From Deltaproteobacteria bacterium (GTDB lineage: Bacteria; Desulfobacterota; DSM-4660; Desulfatiglandales; Desulfatiglandaceae), in assembly GCA_021163815.1 (NCBI GenBank), contig JAGGTJ010000025.1, forward strand, positions 5,821-69,820: a stretch of DNA of 64,000 nucleotides, given 5' to 3'. The translations under genes were made by a program, and so were the position numbers. Position 1 is the first letter of the stretch. Every line of letters begins with the position of its first letter. The notes below the pieces were generated by a model. It made no database searches. It worked only from the letters and a program-made list of their open reading frames with translations, and had not been told where the DNA came from. Below, piece by piece: positions 1 through 9,879 of this stretch.

Positions 1-380
1 CAGACAAAACCGTTGATCTTTTCTGTTCCAAGATATTTTTTTTCAGCAATGTCCTTGATATCATTCTGGTCTATCTGTGCTAGCATTTGTCCTTTCTGTG
101 TACCGGGCATTTCCATGTACATCCTGTTTTTTGGCATAATTGTCCATATCAAATTCTTGTCTCTACGAAAAATTATAATTGGATGTCCGCCACCTGGTGA
201 GATAATTTCTTCCCTGAAATTTTTTCCTTTTACAAATATCTTGCCCTTCACAGAATAGTTGGGTGTGGATTGTATCATGTCTGCTGAAAATTCTGCTGCA
301 CATACGAGGCCTCCTGTGCAGATAAAAAACATGGCAGCAATAAAAAAGGTGCAAAATAAAGACAATCTGTTTGTTTTCAC
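1..380 (-). CDS. Exported protein, DUF4412-like (runs off the window start)
   Basis: Not in the ORF track. Hand translation from GTG at 380, with RBS AAGGAG upstream: MKTNRLSLFCTFFIAAMFFICTGGLVCAAEFSADMIQ...IIIFRRDKNLIWTIMPKNRMYMEMP...YLGTEKINGFV. Signal peptide plus AEFSADM and G.E.ING motifs. Confidence 0.75.
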   Translation of the reverse strand, partial: MKTNRLSLFCTFFIAAMFFICTGGLVCAAEFSADMIQSTPNYSVKGKIFVKGKNFREEIISPGGGHPIIIFRRDKNLIWTIMPKNRMYMEMPGTQKGQMLAQIDQNDIKDIAEKKYLGTEKINGFV

Positions 381-611
381 GGTAATTTCTCCTTTTGTTG
401 TTATTGTTGGCAGACAGGCACAGAAGTTGGGGCAAAAGAGGAGATTATGCCAAAGGTTTTGTGCCATCTTTATGTTTATGAACTGATTTATAGTTGCATA
501 AACAGTTGACTATAGTTGTGTCCTGTCTTTGTTAGTGCATTTGCTGTTAATTTATTTTATTATATTATATTTAGTATAACATCTTAACTTGACCATGTCT
601 TTATTAATTTT

Positions 612-703
612 ACCGTAAAAATACACAAAATCATGCTGAAAGGCCAGTGTGTATTTTCATGTTCGTGGGTGGCTAGGATATCTTGAATCCGGCTACACCT
701 ATT
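612..703 (+). repeat. Repeat family B copy (about 90 bp, ACCGTAAAA...ATCCGGC)
   Basis: Aligns by eye with copies at 22065, 24691, 42492 and 46937; right end is degenerate. Confidence 0.8.
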
Positions 704-734
704 TTTGAATAGGTATAACAAAAAGGAGTAGATT

Positions 735-1586
735 ATGGCAAATATACGTCCTGCTGTTTTTGCACGTATGGGTTGGTACCCTGATACAAAGGAGGAGTGC
801 ATAAAACTTATACGCCAGTGGAGTTCACTTAAGGTTGATGCCAAAACTGCTGATATTAGAGGTATGGGAGGTATAGTTCCTCATGCAGGCTGGTATTTTT
901 CGGGAGAGATTGCCTGTCAGGTATATACCTTTTTAAGCAAGGCACAGCCTGATATTGTAGTTGTTTTTGGCAAGCATTTGTCTGTTTCTTCTCCAAGGAG
1001 TATTATGGTTGACGGCCTTTGGGAGACGCCTTTGGGAGATATTCAGATCGAATCCGAAATCGCTTCGGCCCTTGTTGATGAATATGATTTCGTCGTTGAA
1101 ACCTGTTCACGTTTTGAAGAAGACAATACCATTGAGGTACAGCTCCCCTTTATAAAATATTTTTTCCCTGAGGCGCGGCTTTTGCCTATGGGCATGCCTC
1201 CTACTCCCGAGAGTCTGGATATCGCACGTCGTACAGGGGCCCTTTGCCTGTCTAAGGGGTTTAAAGCCATTGCCGTAGGTTCTACGGATCTTACGCATTA
1301 TGGTCCTAACTATGGTTTTATGCCGGCCGGTTTTGGTGAAAAGGCCCTGAAATGGGCATACCATAATGATGAGAGAGTAATTAAGCGTATGTGTGCTATG
1401 GATGCCTTTGGGGTAATAGAAGAGGCCCTGGCTCACCATAATGCATGTTGTCCCGGCGCGTGTGCATCTGCCATCACTATGGCTAAAAATATGGGGGCAA
1501 TCAGGGGGGAGGCCCTGGTATACGGTACAAGTTATGATAAATCCCCTGGCTCGAGTTTTGTGGGATATGTCGGGCTTGTTTTTTAG
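735..1586 (+). CDS. amrB: AmmeMemoRadiSam system protein B (MEMO1 family)
   Basis: PHAGWYFSG, WETPLG, IEVQLPF and STDLTHYG motifs; RBS AGGAG. Confidence 0.9.
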   Translation: MANIRPAVFARMGWYPDTKEECIKLIRQWSSLKVDAKTADIRGMGGIVPHAGWYFSGEIACQVYTFLSKAQPDIVVVFGKHLSVSSPRSIMVDGLWETPLGDIQIESEIASALVDEYDFVVETCSRFEEDNTIEVQLPFIKYFFPEARLLPMGMPPTPESLDIARRTGALCLSKGFKAIAVGSTDLTHYGPNYGFMPAGFGEKALKWAYHNDERVIKRMCAMDAFGVIEEALAHHNACCPGACASAITMAKNMGAIRGEALVYGTSYDKSPGSSFVGYVGLVF

Positions 1587-1587
1587 C

Positions 1588-1676
1588 AAACCGGTATGGC
1601 CGGTTTTAGCATATTCTGGCCACCTACGGAAAAATACAGACTGATTTTTCAGCACGGTGTTGTGTGTTTTCACGGT
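1588..1676 (-). repeat. Repeat family B copy (inverted)
   Basis: AAACCGGTATGGCCGG...TGTGTGTTTTCACGGT is the reverse complement of the B consensus. Confidence 0.85.
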
Positions 1677-1827
1677 AAAATCTGAACATGATGACAGTAT
1701 TGGCAAAATAGCCAGTTATAGATGTCCAACAGGTGATGGTGGCATAAACCAGCTTCCTGCGACGCTATCAACAGGTTGTTTGGCGGACAAAAAGAGATAG
1801 AAATTGCTGGATAAAAACAGGTCTTAA

Positions 1828-4800
1828 ATGAAAAAAATAAAAAGATGGTTACATGTTGTTTTATTTGCAAACACCCTGTTTGTAACTGCGGTATCAGTAC
1901 TGTGTTTCATGCTTGCATCTGATGCTTACAGTGCGGAAAGATTAAGTATTGTTTTCGGTGCCTGTGTAACGGGTGTATCCATTTTCCTGTGGTTTGTCAT
2001 ACTCAAGCTTTGTTCTGCGTATGAGGCAGAAAAAAGACGTATAGAGGATAATCTGCGCAAAAATGAGAACAGGCTTTTTGCTACACTTAACAGCATAGGT
2101 GATGCCGTTATTGCTGTTGACAGGCAAGGCAGTGTAACACAGATAAACCCTGTTGCGGAAAAACTGACCGGCTGGCCAGAGGATGATGCCATTGGAAGGC
2201 CTGTCTCTGATGTGTTTTGTATAAAAGGGGCTGAAAAGGATGAGTTTGTCCAAGATCCCTCTAAGGAGATCCTTGAGACAGGTACCACTGCGGAGGCTGA
2301 TAATCATACGGTGCTGATATCCCGGGATGGCAGCGAATATCACATATCAGGAAACAGAACACCTGTTCTTGACCAAGAAGGGACGACTCTCGGGGCGGTT
2401 GTGGTCTTCAGGGATGTCACGGAACGGTATAAAAGAGATGAAATGATGAGGATTATGCAGTTTTCCATAGACAATGCCCCTGAAGAAATCCTGTGGCTGA
2501 ACTCTGACGGCAGTATCTGTTATATGAATGATGCTGGATGTCGGTCTCTTGGCTATAGCAGGGAAGAGATCCTGTCCATGACGGTATATGATATTAACCC
2601 GCAACTGAAAAAGAACATTTGGCAGGCCTTCTGGGAGAATGTAAAGAGACATAGGCATGTCCTTGCAGAGTCTGTTCGCAAAAGAAAAGATGGATCAGTA
2701 TACCCTGTTGGGATAGTAGCTGGCTACATAGAGTTTGATGACCGCGATATCTGCTGTGTGTTTGTAAGGGATATAACGGAGCAGAAAAGGGCCAGAGAGA
2801 TACTTGAAGATAATTACAATGAGCTGCAGCAGTATATAGACAATAATCTGACATTTACTGCACGTCTTACATCAAACGGTATCCTCACCATGATAAACAA
2901 CACAGCAGTGGAGGCTACCGGTTGCAGCAAGGACGAACTGATCGGAAGACCGTTTTCTGATACCTACTGGTGGAGACATGATGAAGATGTAAGAAACGAG
3001 CTGAAGAAATGGATTAAAAGGGCATCAAAAGGTGAAATCATAGCCACTGAGACGTCATTAAATACGATCCACGGGGTGAGATATGTGTTTTTCAGCCTTA
3101 ATCCTGTCATAGATAAATGCGGAAATATTGTCTATGTCATTGCCGAGGCACAGGATATAACAGATATCAAAAAGGCCCAGAATATCCTTAAAAAATCTTA
3201 TGAGCTTTTCAATTCCATATCGACCTTTGCAGGGATTTTGGATGTCAGCGGCAGGCTTGAATTTGTAAACAAAACAGCCGTACTGTCCCTCGGATATGAG
3301 GAGGAAGATATGATCGGCGTACAGTTTTGGAATAATGGATATATTGATCCTCTCAGCAGGGAAGATGTCAAAAAGGCCGTGTTTACTGCCCTGAAAGGGA
3401 AAGCAACGCGGATAGAGATCATATGTGTGACAAGGGAAGACAGGAAACTGCCGGTACTGTTCAATGCCCTGCCAATACTTGAGAATACAGGTGTGGTATC
3501 AGGGGTAATTGTTGAAGGTGTGGATATTTCCGAGCTCAGGGAAACGGAAAAGATGTATGAGATACTGTTAAATGCATCTCCTGACGGCATTATAATGGCA
3601 GATATGAGTACCTGTAAAAACCTGTATGGAAACCCGGCCATATGCCGTATGTTGGGATACACGGAAAAGGAGCTTAAGGAGAAAACCATATATGATTTTT
3701 ATCCCAAAGATGTAGTTGCACAAATAACATCATTGACAGGATCTGAAGCAGAAACAGGGACACATGTTATAGAGGATATCCCTGTTTTAAAGAAAGATGG
3801 CGACCTCGTTGATACAGAGATGAGTATAACCACTGTCAGAGCGGACGGAATGGAGATTATGGTAGGCTTTGTGCGGGATATAACCGAAAAAAAGAGGCTT
3901 GAAAAGCAGATGATGCAGATGCAGAAAATGGAGGCCATTGGTGCCATTGCTGGTGGAATTGCTCATGATTTTAACAATATTCTGTCTCCCATCCTGGGAT
4001 ATGGAGAGCTGATTAAACAGAGGGCCAATGATGAATATTATGTGACGAGGTATGCAGAACAGATTATTCAGTCTTCTTCCCGTGCCAGAGATCTTGTGCA
4101 GCAGATCCTTACCTTCAGCCGCCAGAACGATGAGGAAAAAAGGCCTGTGTTGATACAGCCCATATTGAAAGAGGTCTTAAAGCTTTTGATGTCATCTGTC
4201 CCATCTAACATTGAAATACGAAAGTATGTGGACCCTGATTGCGGTGCGGTTATGGCCAATTCCATTCATATGCATCAGGTTTTTATGAATCTTTGCATCA
4301 ATGCATTCCAGGCCATGCCGGATGGCGGCATATTGGAGGTAAGACTGACGGAAAAAGAAGTCGCCATTGATAACGATCCCCCTGAAAGGTATGTCAATAT
4401 CACTGTCAGGGATACGGGGTGCGGTATTGATCCTGTTATACGGGATAGGATTTTTGAGCCGTATTTTACGACAAAGGGTCCAGATAAGGGGACAGGAATG
4501 GGGCTTGCCATTGTCTATGGAATCGTTAAGGATGCCGGTGGATATATAGATGTGAAAAGTGAGCCAGGCAAGGGCACAACCTTTAATATTTATCTGCCCT
4601 TGATAGAGCAAAAAAATGCAGCGACAGAGGCTGTAACCGAAGAGGGCCTTAAGGGGGGCAATGAGTGTATTCTTGTGGTTGATGACGAGGAGATGATTGC
4701 GCTTATGTTACGCGAGATGTTGGAGGCTTTGGGTTACAGTGTTTCACACAGAACGAGCAGCGTGGAGGCATTAAACCTGTTTAAGGCGAAGTCTGATTCG

Positions 4801-5055
4801 TTTGACCTTGTTATTACAGATATGACCATGCCAAACCTGAATGGGCTGGAATTGATATCAAAAATAAAAAAAATCAGGCCTGACATACCTGTATTTATAT
4901 GTACTGGTTTCAGTGAACAGTTGACAGATGAAGAGGCAGAAGCCCTTGGGATTGCCATGACCGTTATGAAACCTGTCTCCTTAGAACATCTTGATTCGGC
5001 TGTCAGGGATGTATTGGAAAAGAGAAAAAATCGGCAGGTTAATATTGATATGTAA
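1828..5055 (+). CDS. Membrane-anchored multi-PAS hybrid sensor histidine kinase/response regulator
   Basis: Two N-terminal TM segments, about five PAS/PAC units (RDVTE, RDITE, QDITD, VDISE, RDITE), H-box [19 protein letters not shown] lid, C-terminal receiver (VVDDE, DMTMP). Confidence 0.93.
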   Translation: MKKIKRWLHVVLFANTLFVTAVSVLCFMLASDAYSAERLSIVFGACVTGVSIFLWFVILKLCSAYEAEKRRIEDNLRKNENRLFATLNSIGDAVIAVDRQGSVTQINPVAEKLTGWPEDDAIGRPVSDVFCIKGAEKDEFVQDPSKEILETGTTAEADNHTVLISRDGSEYHISGNRTPVLDQEGTTLGAVVVFRDVTERYKRDEMMRIMQFSIDNAPEEILWLNSDGSICYMNDAGCRSLGYSREEILSMTVYDINPQLKKNIWQAFWENVKRHRHVLAESVRKRKDGSVYPVGIVAGYIEFDDRDICCVFVRDITEQKRAREILEDNYNELQQYIDNNLTFTARLTSNGILTMINNTAVEATGCSKDELIGRPFSDTYWWRHDEDVRNELKKWIKRASKGEIIATETSLNTIHGVRYVFFSLNPVIDKCGNIVYVIAEAQDITDIKKAQNILKKSYELFNSISTFAGILDVSGRLEFVNKTAVLSLGYEEEDMIGVQFWNNGYIDPLSREDVKKAVFTALKGKATRIEIICVTREDRKLPVLFNALPILENTGVVSGVIVEGVDISELRETEKMYEILLNASPDGIIMADMSTCKNLYGNPAICRMLGYTEKELKEKTIYDFYPKDVVAQITSLTGSEAETGTHVIEDIPVLKKDGDLVDTEMSITTVRADGMEIMVGFVRDITEKKRLEKQMMQMQKMEAIGAIAGGIAHDFNNILSPILGYGELIKQRANDEYYVTRYAEQIIQSSSRARDLVQQILTFSRQNDEEKRPVLIQPILKEVLKLLMSSVPSNIEIRKYVDPDCGAVMANSIHMHQVFMNLCINAFQAMPDGGILEVRLTEKEVAIDNDPPERYVNITVRDTGCGIDPVIRDRIFEPYFTTKGPDKGTGMGLAIVYGIVKDAGGYIDVKSEPGKGTTFNIYLPLIEQKNAATEAVTEEGLKGGNECILVVDDEEMIALMLREMLEALGYSVSHRTSSVEALNLFKAKSDSFDLVITDMTMPNLNGLELISKIKKIRPDIPVFICTGFSEQLTDEEAEALGIAMTVMKPVSLEHLDSAVRDVLEKRKNRQVNIDM

Positions 5056-5057
5056 TG

Positions 5058-5132
5058 TGGTAGGCACGGTGGGATTTGAACCCACGACCCCTACCGTGTC
5101 AGGGTAGTGCTCTCCCCCTGAGCTACGTGCCT
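5058..5132 (-). tRNA. tRNA-Val (GAC)
   Basis: Reverse complement AGGCACGTAGCTCAG...CTACC-CTGACAC-GGTAG...GGTTCAAATCC...GTGCCTACCA; encoded CCA. Confidence 0.97.
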
Positions 5133-5173
5133 GTGTAAATCCTCCTGCTTATTATCAATTCTTTTCATAATTG

Positions 5174-5731
5174 TCAAGCAGTATCGCCATTAGAAGGAAG
5201 ATCATTGCTGATTATCTTAAACCAGTTTATCATATAGCCAAGGCCTGAGGCAATGGTCAGGATACCGGTCATAAAAAAGGCTGCTGTTATAATGTCTGTT
5301 GTGAATACGCCAAAACATGTGTTTACAAGTACTATGCATATGGTTCCAAGTTGGGCGCAGGTGGTTATCTTACTCAATATTGATGGTTTCATGTTAAAGC
5401 TCACGCCGTTTAACAGGAGAATCAGTATCCCCAACATTATTGTTATGTCCCGGCTGATAACAGCCGCAGTGAGCCATGACGGGATGATTCCTTTAACTGC
5501 AAGGGTAAGAAAGGCGGTAATAAGCAGGATCTTGTCTGCAAGAGGATCCATGTATGCGCCGATTCTGCTTTTTTGACTGAAAACCCTGGCAATCATACCG
5601 TCTACGCCGTCGCTTACACCTGCAATAATAAAAACAATCAGCGCTGCAAATGTCCTGTTGTTTATCAGATAAACAAGGAATACGGGAGTAAGAATGATTC
5701 GGATCAGGGTTATAAGATTGGGGATAGTCAT
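5174..5731 (-). CDS. CDP-alcohol phosphatidyltransferase (PgsA/cardiolipin synthase-like)
   Basis: TIPNLIT..R start and signature DGxDGxxAR...GAYMDPLADK. Confidence 0.9.
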   Translation of the reverse strand: MTIPNLITLIRIILTPVFLVYLINNRTFAALIVFIIAGVSDGVDGMIARVFSQKSRIGAYMDPLADKILLITAFLTLAVKGIIPSWLTAAVISRDITIMLGILILLLNGVSFNMKPSILSKITTCAQLGTICIVLVNTCFGVFTTDIITAAFFMTGILTIASGLGYMINWFKIISNDLPSNGDTA

Positions 5732-5748
5732 TTGGTTGTGACCTTTGT

Positions 5749-7016
5749 CTACATTTTTGAATATGATCTTTTTGCGCTGGTTTCAGCCTGTTTTATTCCA
5801 AGGATTATTCCTCTGTCTTTGGAGAATCCAATAAAGGTCACTGAAAAGGGAATATCTTTGTTTTGAAGGATTATTCTTAAGAAACTATCTCTGTTTACCT
5901 CCGATTCAACTGCAAAGGAGACGGAATGTTGCCCCAATCTGTCTGCCTGAGAGATTTTACTGGGGCTACCCTGTCTTTGAGAAATGATTTGAATGCCTTT
6001 AACTGAATAAAACTGTTTACACCTGTAAGTTCAATGTTAATCAGATAGACTGTTTTTTGTCCGGATCGTACATAGTGAAAAAGAACCGGTGCTATTTTTG
6101 ATGCCGTACGATCCAGGATCTGTTCCATGATTGAAGATAAACTGTCCGTATCACTGTTCCCGCTGATTGCCTCAGTCTGACGATCCTGATAGATTTCAAT
6201 ACCGTTTTTTACATCAATTGCCCTTAACGATATGGTTACCCTGTTTTTTTCAATGAGGGTATACCCTGCTATAACAATATCGGCAGGCAGGATCTTTGCC
6301 CATGAAACAAGATCCGTGTCCTGAAGATCAAAATATGTCAGATTTTTGTATCTGTTAATATCAAAAGGTACGGATGTTCTGTCTACAGGTATCATGTGCC
6401 TTTTTTGGAATGTCTTTGCAAGGAGAATCTCTGTCAGGGTTATGGGGGGATATCCCTCCGGGTCCTTCCACCAGTAAGATCTTTTTCCGTTTCTGGTTTC
6501 AGAGACCATGAACAACACCTTAATTACAGGCATATCTTCATGCAAAAGTCCTGCTGCTTCAAGATACTGTCTGATAATCTCTCTGTTAATTTTCAGCCGG
6601 ACCATTACCGTGTATGTCCCTCTGTTTTGTTCTTCTCCTATTATCTTGAAGCTGGTAATGCCTTTTTTTGCCTTTGGTATTATGTCTGAAACGAACCACT
6701 GTAAACTATCTGCCGGAATTGTCGGATGTATATTGTTCAACAGATAGTTTTCTATACCTTTGGTCTGTGCATTCGCAATTGCCCGTTTTTTCGCCGTGGC
6801 TATATCGTTATTTGTTATTCTGGACATTCCCATTGCTACTACTTCGTTTTTACTACTATGGTTGTCGGTACCCAGGGCAGAAGATCTTCTTACTGAACCG
6901 GATATACACAGACAGATCATGAGCAGTATAACCAAAATATGTAAATTCCGGTTATCTGTATGTCCTGTAATTGCATTATGCCACTGTATCTTCTGTACGT
7001 CTTTTCTCATTGTCAT
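5749..7016 (-). pseudogene. Exported protein with FlgT-N-like domain; apparent frameshift near 5940 (pseudogene or sequencing error)
   Basis: ORF 5895..7016 continues as ORF 5749..5937 in another frame. The joined frame ends 17 nt before the next gene. N-terminal TM segment plus VVAMG..I...DIATAKKRAI.NA pattern. Confidence 0.55.
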
Positions 7017-7067
7017 ATAAAAACCTTATGCGTGATATCCCCTTTGTCCAATCTCTGTATCAGTCTT

Positions 7068-7105
7068 AATGGCGTTGTAAAAAGCTGGTTTATGTTGCTT
7101 TGCCG
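7068..7105. repeat. C-type terminal repeat variant (ATGGCGTTGTAAAAAGCTGGTTTATG)
   Basis: The same motif recurs inverted at about 1743-1770, 24643-24673 and 27082-27109. Confidence 0.7.
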
Positions 7106-7269
7106 CATCCTATGAAAAACGAACTCGATCAATACCCCAAGTCTTGACAAAATAGCCGGCGACGTATCAGGCAATAGGTGCCATGTTTTGAGATTGATGC
7201 TTCGTACCTGTTAAAAGGTTTGAGAATACGGCACTTCCTGTAAATTAAGTTCGTTGGAAGAATTTGCCA

Positions 7270-8571
7270 CTATTTCATCTTTTTGTTTGCGTAATTGATG
7301 AATCTGGTTCTGTTACGGAAATTATACGATAAATCAACATCTGCAAGTCCTTTTTTTATGAGATGAGCATTAAGAAAGGTCTTATTTTTTAGATACACAT
7401 AGGCCATCAAGTTATTGTTATTATCATACTTAATCTTATCAAATTTCATAAAAACACGTTGATTTTTGGTCTTTAATCTCAAAAATTCCATAGCCTCGCT
7501 GTTAACTGTGTTTTTTTGCTTAATACCTATCAGCCTAATTATTGAATTGTCATTCAATCTTAATAACTCAGGGCTTATAATTTCTTTAACAGAATAATAG
7601 TCTTCCCTTTGCACAGATTCACTGCTGTCTATTTTAGAACCGAACTGGAGTTTTTTGGGATCAATTTTTTTATCAAGAGCATGAAAGTCCCTAAAAATAT
7701 ATGGTAATTTTTTAATATCTTTTTCGAAATCAATGTTCAAATTGCCTTGTTCTACAAACTCATATTTTGCACCGAATAACGATTGCTGTTTTATCTGCAA
7801 CTTATTTTTAATAGTTGGAATAAATTCTGAATTTATTTCATAACCTACAGAATTCCTATCTAAGTTTTTGGCTGCCAAAGATGTAGTGCCGCTACCCAAA
7901 AATGGATCAAGTACTGTCTCTTCAACAAAAGAAAACATCTTAATCAATCTTTTTGGTAATTCTTCCGGAAACATTGCAATATGTCCATCTTGCCTTACAC
8001 CCCCAAAATTCCAATGTCCGGAAAAATATTTTTTCCATTCTTCTTTTGTCATTTTTGACAGCTCTTTGATTTTTTTATCCGGTTTTTTGGGCCTTCCCAG
8101 TTTTTTGAATAATAAAATAAACTCATAATCGATTGATAATATACCATTTCGGGGATATGGGAAGCTCCCCATTATACTTGCCCCGCCAGTAGTATTTGTT
8201 GTTGTTTTCTTTTGCCAAATAATAGCTCCCATATAGTCAAAACCAATACTCTCACAAAATTTTATTATTTCAGTTCGTATTGGTATTACCTTATAACGAC
8301 CATAATAAACCGAACGGGCAAATTGATCTCCTATATTGATGCACAATCGACATCCATTATCAAGTACACGGTAGCATTCTTTCCAAACGAGATTTAGATT
8401 GTTAATATAGCTCTCGTAGCTATCGTTAAATCCTATTTGTTCGTTTGTCCCATAATCCTTTAGTTGCCAATAGGGTGGAGATGTTATGACAAGATGAATA
8501 GAATTATCATTTAATTCCACCATATACCGGCTATCGCCTCGGATGATTCTATGATGGGTCTGAATACTCAT
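7270..8571 (-). CDS. Beta-class DNA methyltransferase (probably N4-cytosine) with C-terminal thermonuclease/SNase-like domain
   Basis: TSPPY (motif IV) precedes HIAMFP and LDPFLGSGTT (motif I). C-terminus has IRLIGI, YD...LMAYVYL and NAHLIKKGLA, typical of the SNase fold. Sampled lines are 23-42% GC. Confidence 0.85.
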   Translation of the reverse strand: MSIQTHHRIIRGDSRYMVELNDNSIHLVITSPPYWQLKDYGTNEQIGFNDSYESYINNLNLVWKECYRVLDNGCRLCINIGDQFARSVYYGRYKVIPIRTEIIKFCESIGFDYMGAIIWQKKTTTNTTGGASIMGSFPYPRNGILSIDYEFILLFKKLGRPKKPDKKIKELSKMTKEEWKKYFSGHWNFGGVRQDGHIAMFPEELPKRLIKMFSFVEETVLDPFLGSGTTSLAAKNLDRNSVGYEINSEFIPTIKNKLQIKQQSLFGAKYEFVEQGNLNIDFEKDIKKLPYIFRDFHALDKKIDPKKLQFGSKIDSSESVQREDYYSVKEIISPELLRLNDNSIIRLIGIKQKNTVNSEAMEFLRLKTKNQRVFMKFDKIKYDNNNNLMAYVYLKNKTFLNAHLIKKGLADVDLSYNFRNRTRFINYANKKMK

Positions 8572-8593
8572 AAAAGATTACCTCAATAGTTTT

Positions 8594-8865
8594 ACCTAAA
8601 ATCTGCATAAACTATTTTCAAGAAGGAAATGATGTTTTTAATACCAACATATTAGAGGAATGTTGTGCTTGCGTGACACGCATCGATTTAAATGTGGCCA
8701 TAAAAGGTTGTGGTTTTTGGAAATAGTTTACCCCCCACAAGCGTCGATTTTATTGAATCTGTGGCATTGGCAAGGATTTGATCGTAGTACCTCCGCGTCC
8801 TTGCCGCCTTGCAGTTGCTGCCGCATGCAGGTCTTCGGTAAGCTTGATGTTTGCAGGGTTTAGGT
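8594..8865. mobile_element. Repeat family A, MITE-like (longest copy)
   Basis: TIR ACCTAAAATCTGCA / TGCAGGGTTTAGGT; internal hairpin GGCAAGGA...TCCTTGCC; related copies at 17354, 22641 and 47995. Confidence 0.8.
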
Positions 8866-8923
8866 TTCATTTCTCTCAGCGAACCCGTTATTATACATGG
8901 GGCTTTTTCACGGCTGAATCCTC

Positions 8924-9874
8924 TTATGCCGTTTTTTTCTCATCTGTTTCCATCAGAAAAGACCTGATCTTTTCTGCAAGCTTGTCGATATCGTCTGGTC
9001 CTGTCCATATCATCTTCTGATCTGCCCTGAACCATGTTATCTGCCGTTTGCCATATCTCCGTGTATCTCTTTTAAGGTATTGTATTGCCTCATCAAAAGA
9101 CCATATCCCTTTCAGATAATTGACCATATGTCTGTAGCCGAGGGATTTGATGGGCTTAAGGTCAGGTGAATACCCTTGCTTCAGCAGTTCTTCTGTTTCT
9201 TCAAGAAGCCCTGCTTTTACCATGTGATCGGCCCTTTTGTCTATATTGTGGTACAGTTTTTGTCTGTCTGTATATAGAAAAAAGCCGAGGATGTTATAAC
9301 GGGATTCTGTTTGGTCCTGTTTCATTGCCAGCATAGAAGGTGTATGCCCGGTCAAACAGATGATTTCCAAGGCCCTTACAATCCTCAAGGTATCATTGGG
9401 GTGGATTTTGGCTGCATATTCGTGATCCACACGTTCAAGTTCCCTGTACAGTTTTTCTGGTCCGTGCTTAATGCATTGATGGCGTAAAAATTCCCTTAAT
9501 TTATGGTCTGCAGGGGGGCAGGGGATAAGTCCGTAAACAAGACTTTTTATGTAAAGGCCAGTTCCTCCTACAACAAAACAGGTCTTTTTCCTTTTATGTA
9601 TATCTCTGATAATGGAAGAGGCCATGGCTGCATATATTGCTGCATTAAATTCCTGATCGGGATCTATCAGATCAAGCATATGATGACGGATCCCTTTCTG
9701 TTCCCCGGGCCCTGGTTTGGCCGTTCCTATATCCATCTTACGGTAAACCTGCATTGAATCTGCACTTACTATCTCACCGTTAAAACGCAGGGCAAGTTCA
9801 ATTCCTGTGGATGTCTTTCCGCTTGCCGTGGGGCCTGCTATGATAATTATCTTTGGTTTTAGCTGCTTATACAT
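8924..9874 (-). CDS. miaA: tRNA dimethylallyltransferase
   Basis: GPTASGKT, DSMQVY..MDIGTAKP, VGGTGLY and KRQITWF motifs. Confidence 0.97.
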   Translation of the reverse strand: MYKQLKPKIIIIAGPTASGKTSTGIELALRFNGEIVSADSMQVYRKMDIGTAKPGPGEQKGIRHHMLDLIDPDQEFNAAIYAAMASSIIRDIHKRKKTCFVVGGTGLYIKSLVYGLIPCPPADHKLREFLRHQCIKHGPEKLYRELERVDHEYAAKIHPNDTLRIVRALEIICLTGHTPSMLAMKQDQTESRYNILGFFLYTDRQKLYHNIDKRADHMVKAGLLEETEELLKQGYSPDLKPIKSLGYRHMVNYLKGIWSFDEAIQYLKRDTRRYGKRQITWFRADQKMIWTGPDDIDKLAEKIRSFLMETDEKKTA

Positions 9875-9879
9875 AGATA

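Noticed and set aside
440..470. Sigma54-like TGGCA motifs on the minus strand upstream of the first gene
   Set aside because: Neither TGGCA has GC at the required 10-nt spacing.
8660..8870. Short ORFs over repeat elements (also 13684-14028, 24516-24899 and 30642-30884)
   Set aside because: They coincide with non-coding MITE sequence and show no transposase motifs.
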